DNA of 63,613 nucleotides, counting the filler, from Octopus bimaculoides (lineage: Eukaryota): assembly GCF_001194135.2 (NCBI RefSeq). It is 8 parts of 7 records of this genome, joined end to end, with 100 filler letters (N's around TTAATTAATTAA, not from the genome) between each part and the next. Parts side by side here need not be neighbours in the genome. Positions count along the whole stretch, not along the records: positions 61,077 to 63,613 come from NW_026361747.1; 7 more parts are not named here. One strand, given 5' to 3'. Positions 61,763-63,613 of this stretch are shown in pieces (within the stretch, counting starts at the first letter, position 1; each line of letters begins with the position of its first letter). The notes beneath the pieces are model-generated. The model had not been told where the DNA came from, did not search any database, and saw only the letters and a list, made by a program, of their open reading frames with translations. The translations under genes and the position numbers were made by a program.

Positions 61763-63613
61763 ACTAGCGTAGCTAGAGTGTGTGCCGCCCTGAGCGGCCC
61801 TTCAGTTTGTCGCTCTGGGGCCCCCATGAAAAATAAAAATTGCCAACAGCAGATGAGTATTTCTCGTAGTCATTTAAACTTGGGTCAACGCGCGTCCGAT
61901 CCAGAAATCGAGTGAGCTGTACTCAGTGAGCTGTACTCAGTGAGCAAGTGTTCCTATTTTCCCCACAGACTACGTGCATTTTTACATAGCCTTCTGAGTG
62001 TCACCATGCTTATTAGAGAAAAGAGAGGAAAACGAATGCTTCGTGGACTGCGTTCTTTTCCAGGATCGTATCCCTTGTAAGGCACTTGTAATTATGTCTT
62101 GTTTACAGTCTTTCTAAAACTATCAACACACTTTGGGAAACTGTAACACATTTCATTTGACGCTAGAATTAATAATCTGTCATGGTATTTTTCAAATTCA
62201 TCCCCATCTGTTGTTATTTCGTGTTTAACAAAAGTGTCTATCGACAATTTCTTCTGAAATCATTCAGGGGATGTAATTCAACTTAACTAGTCGACACACG
62301 CATCAAGCTTTCGTTAAACGCGCTTTGAACCAGTACTGGAACTCTCTACACACACGTTTCTCTGCAAGTGGTGCTAGAAGCAATTGCTGAGAGCATTGCC
62401 AGAGGGGGAAAAACTACTGCCTGCGAACCTTTCAGGTGAGTCCATCAGGCAAACTCTTTCGCCACAGTAATCAAACAAAATTAAAGATAAAAATACGCTA
62501 CAACAATAATAAGGACATTTATTTTATTATAAGTTTTAAAAAATTATTTTATAATAACCACAATAATAATAATTTTGCTTAGTAGTAGCATTATTAGTAG
62601 TAGATGTGNNNNNNNNNNNNNNNNNNNNNNNNNNNNNNNNNNNNNNNNNNNNNNNNNNNNNNNNNNNNNNNNNNNNNNNNNNNNNNNNNNNNNNNNNNNN
62701 NNNNNNNNNNNNNNNNNNNNNNNNNNNNNNNNNNNNNNNNNNNNNNNNNNNNNNNNNNNNNNNNNNNNNNNNNNNNNNNNNNNNNNNNNNNNNNNNNNNN
62801 NNNNNNNNNNNNNNNNNNNNNNNNNNNNNNNNNNNNNNNNNNNNNNNNNNNNNNNNNNNNNNNNNNNNNNNNNNNNNNNNNNNNNNNNNNNNNNNNNNNN
62901 NNNNNNNNNNNNNNNNNNNNNNNNNNNNNNNNNNNNNNNNNNNNNNNNNNNNNNNNNNNNNNNNNNNNNNNNNNNNNNNNNNNNNNNNNNNNNNNNNNNN
63001 NNNNNNNNNNNNNNNNNNNNNNNNNNNNNNNNNNNNNNNNNNNNNNNNNNNNNNNNNNNNNNNNNNNNNNNNNNNNNNNNNNNNNNNNNNNNNNNNNNNN
63101 NNNNNNNNNNNNNNNNNNNNNNNNNNNNNNNNNNNNNNNNNNNNNNNNNNNNNNNNNNNNNNNNNNNNNNNNNNNNNNNNNNNNNNNNNNNNNNNNNNNN
63201 NNNNNNNNNNNNNNNNNNNNNNNNNNNNNNNNNNNNNNNNNNNNNNNNNNACTACATAAAACATTAATGAAAAATGTTGCCCGTCAAATCACAAAGATCC
63301 GTAGATGTTGTTGCTGCTGTTGTCCTCGTCGCCGTTGTTGCTGCTGCTGCTTTTGTTATTGTTGNNNNNNNNNNNNNNNNNNNNNNNNNNNNNNNNNNNN
63401 NNNNNNNNNNNNNNNNNNNNNNNNNNNNNNNNNNNNNNNNNNNNNNNNNNNNNNNNNNNNNNNNNNNNNNNNNTTATTATTATTATTATTATTATTATGA
63501 TTATTATTATTGAGCGAGAGAACAGTGCATTCCATCAAAGTGAAACTGGCGTACAAATATATACGTCTGATAAGGGTACACCAGGCACATGCATCACAAC
63601 CATGGTGATCTCA

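Noticed and set aside
1812-63500. Long ORFs in the six-frame track (e.g. 1812-2894, 11803-13053, 31368-32426, 51098-52120, 62604-63500)
   Set aside because: They consist of N-runs and dinucleotide or trinucleotide repeats (HTHT, YIYI, LSLS, LLLL) and are not genes.
1-63613. CRISPR arrays, rRNA or true tRNA genes
   Set aside because: No repeat-spacer arrays or rRNA sequence. The tRNA-like A/B boxes all belong to SINE heads, and I could not build a full cloverleaf.

Overview
AT-rich, microsatellite- and repeat-dense animal genomic DNA from a gapped draft assembly. The SINE families and repeat content suggest an octopus (inference, not proven). There is no prokaryotic content and no CRISPR array. 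Only one host gene can be supported: five internal + strand exons of an FKBP15-like gene (15603-15672, 16855-16929, 17721-17819, 20297-20449, 22367-22435). They splice in frame with canonical AG/GT sites and encode part of the N-terminal WH1/PH-like region and the first part of the FKBP domain; the flanking exons are not visible in the window. Nearly all long ORFs in the supplied track are artefacts of microsatellites or N-runs. The rest is a transposon graveyard: several tRNA-derived/CORE-like and RTE-tailed SINE families; fragments of CR1/L2-, RTE-, R4/Dong- and HERO-like LINEs; a 5' Helitron fragment; maT (DD37D) and mariner remnants; Tc1/mariner, hAT and piggyBac-like MITEs; and a small FLYWCH-bearing inverted-repeat element. 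The most interesting signals are several minimal type I hammerhead ribozyme motifs (14023-14067 -, 21719-21761 +, 48738-48793 +, plus degraded ones). One lies inside a 352-bp, ~1.4-copy tandem unit in an FKBP15 intron, which resembles a non-LTR retrozyme. There is also an unassigned, cleanly bounded 180-nt candidate exon at 49210-49389 (-). All family calls are from motif recognition by eye, not database searches.
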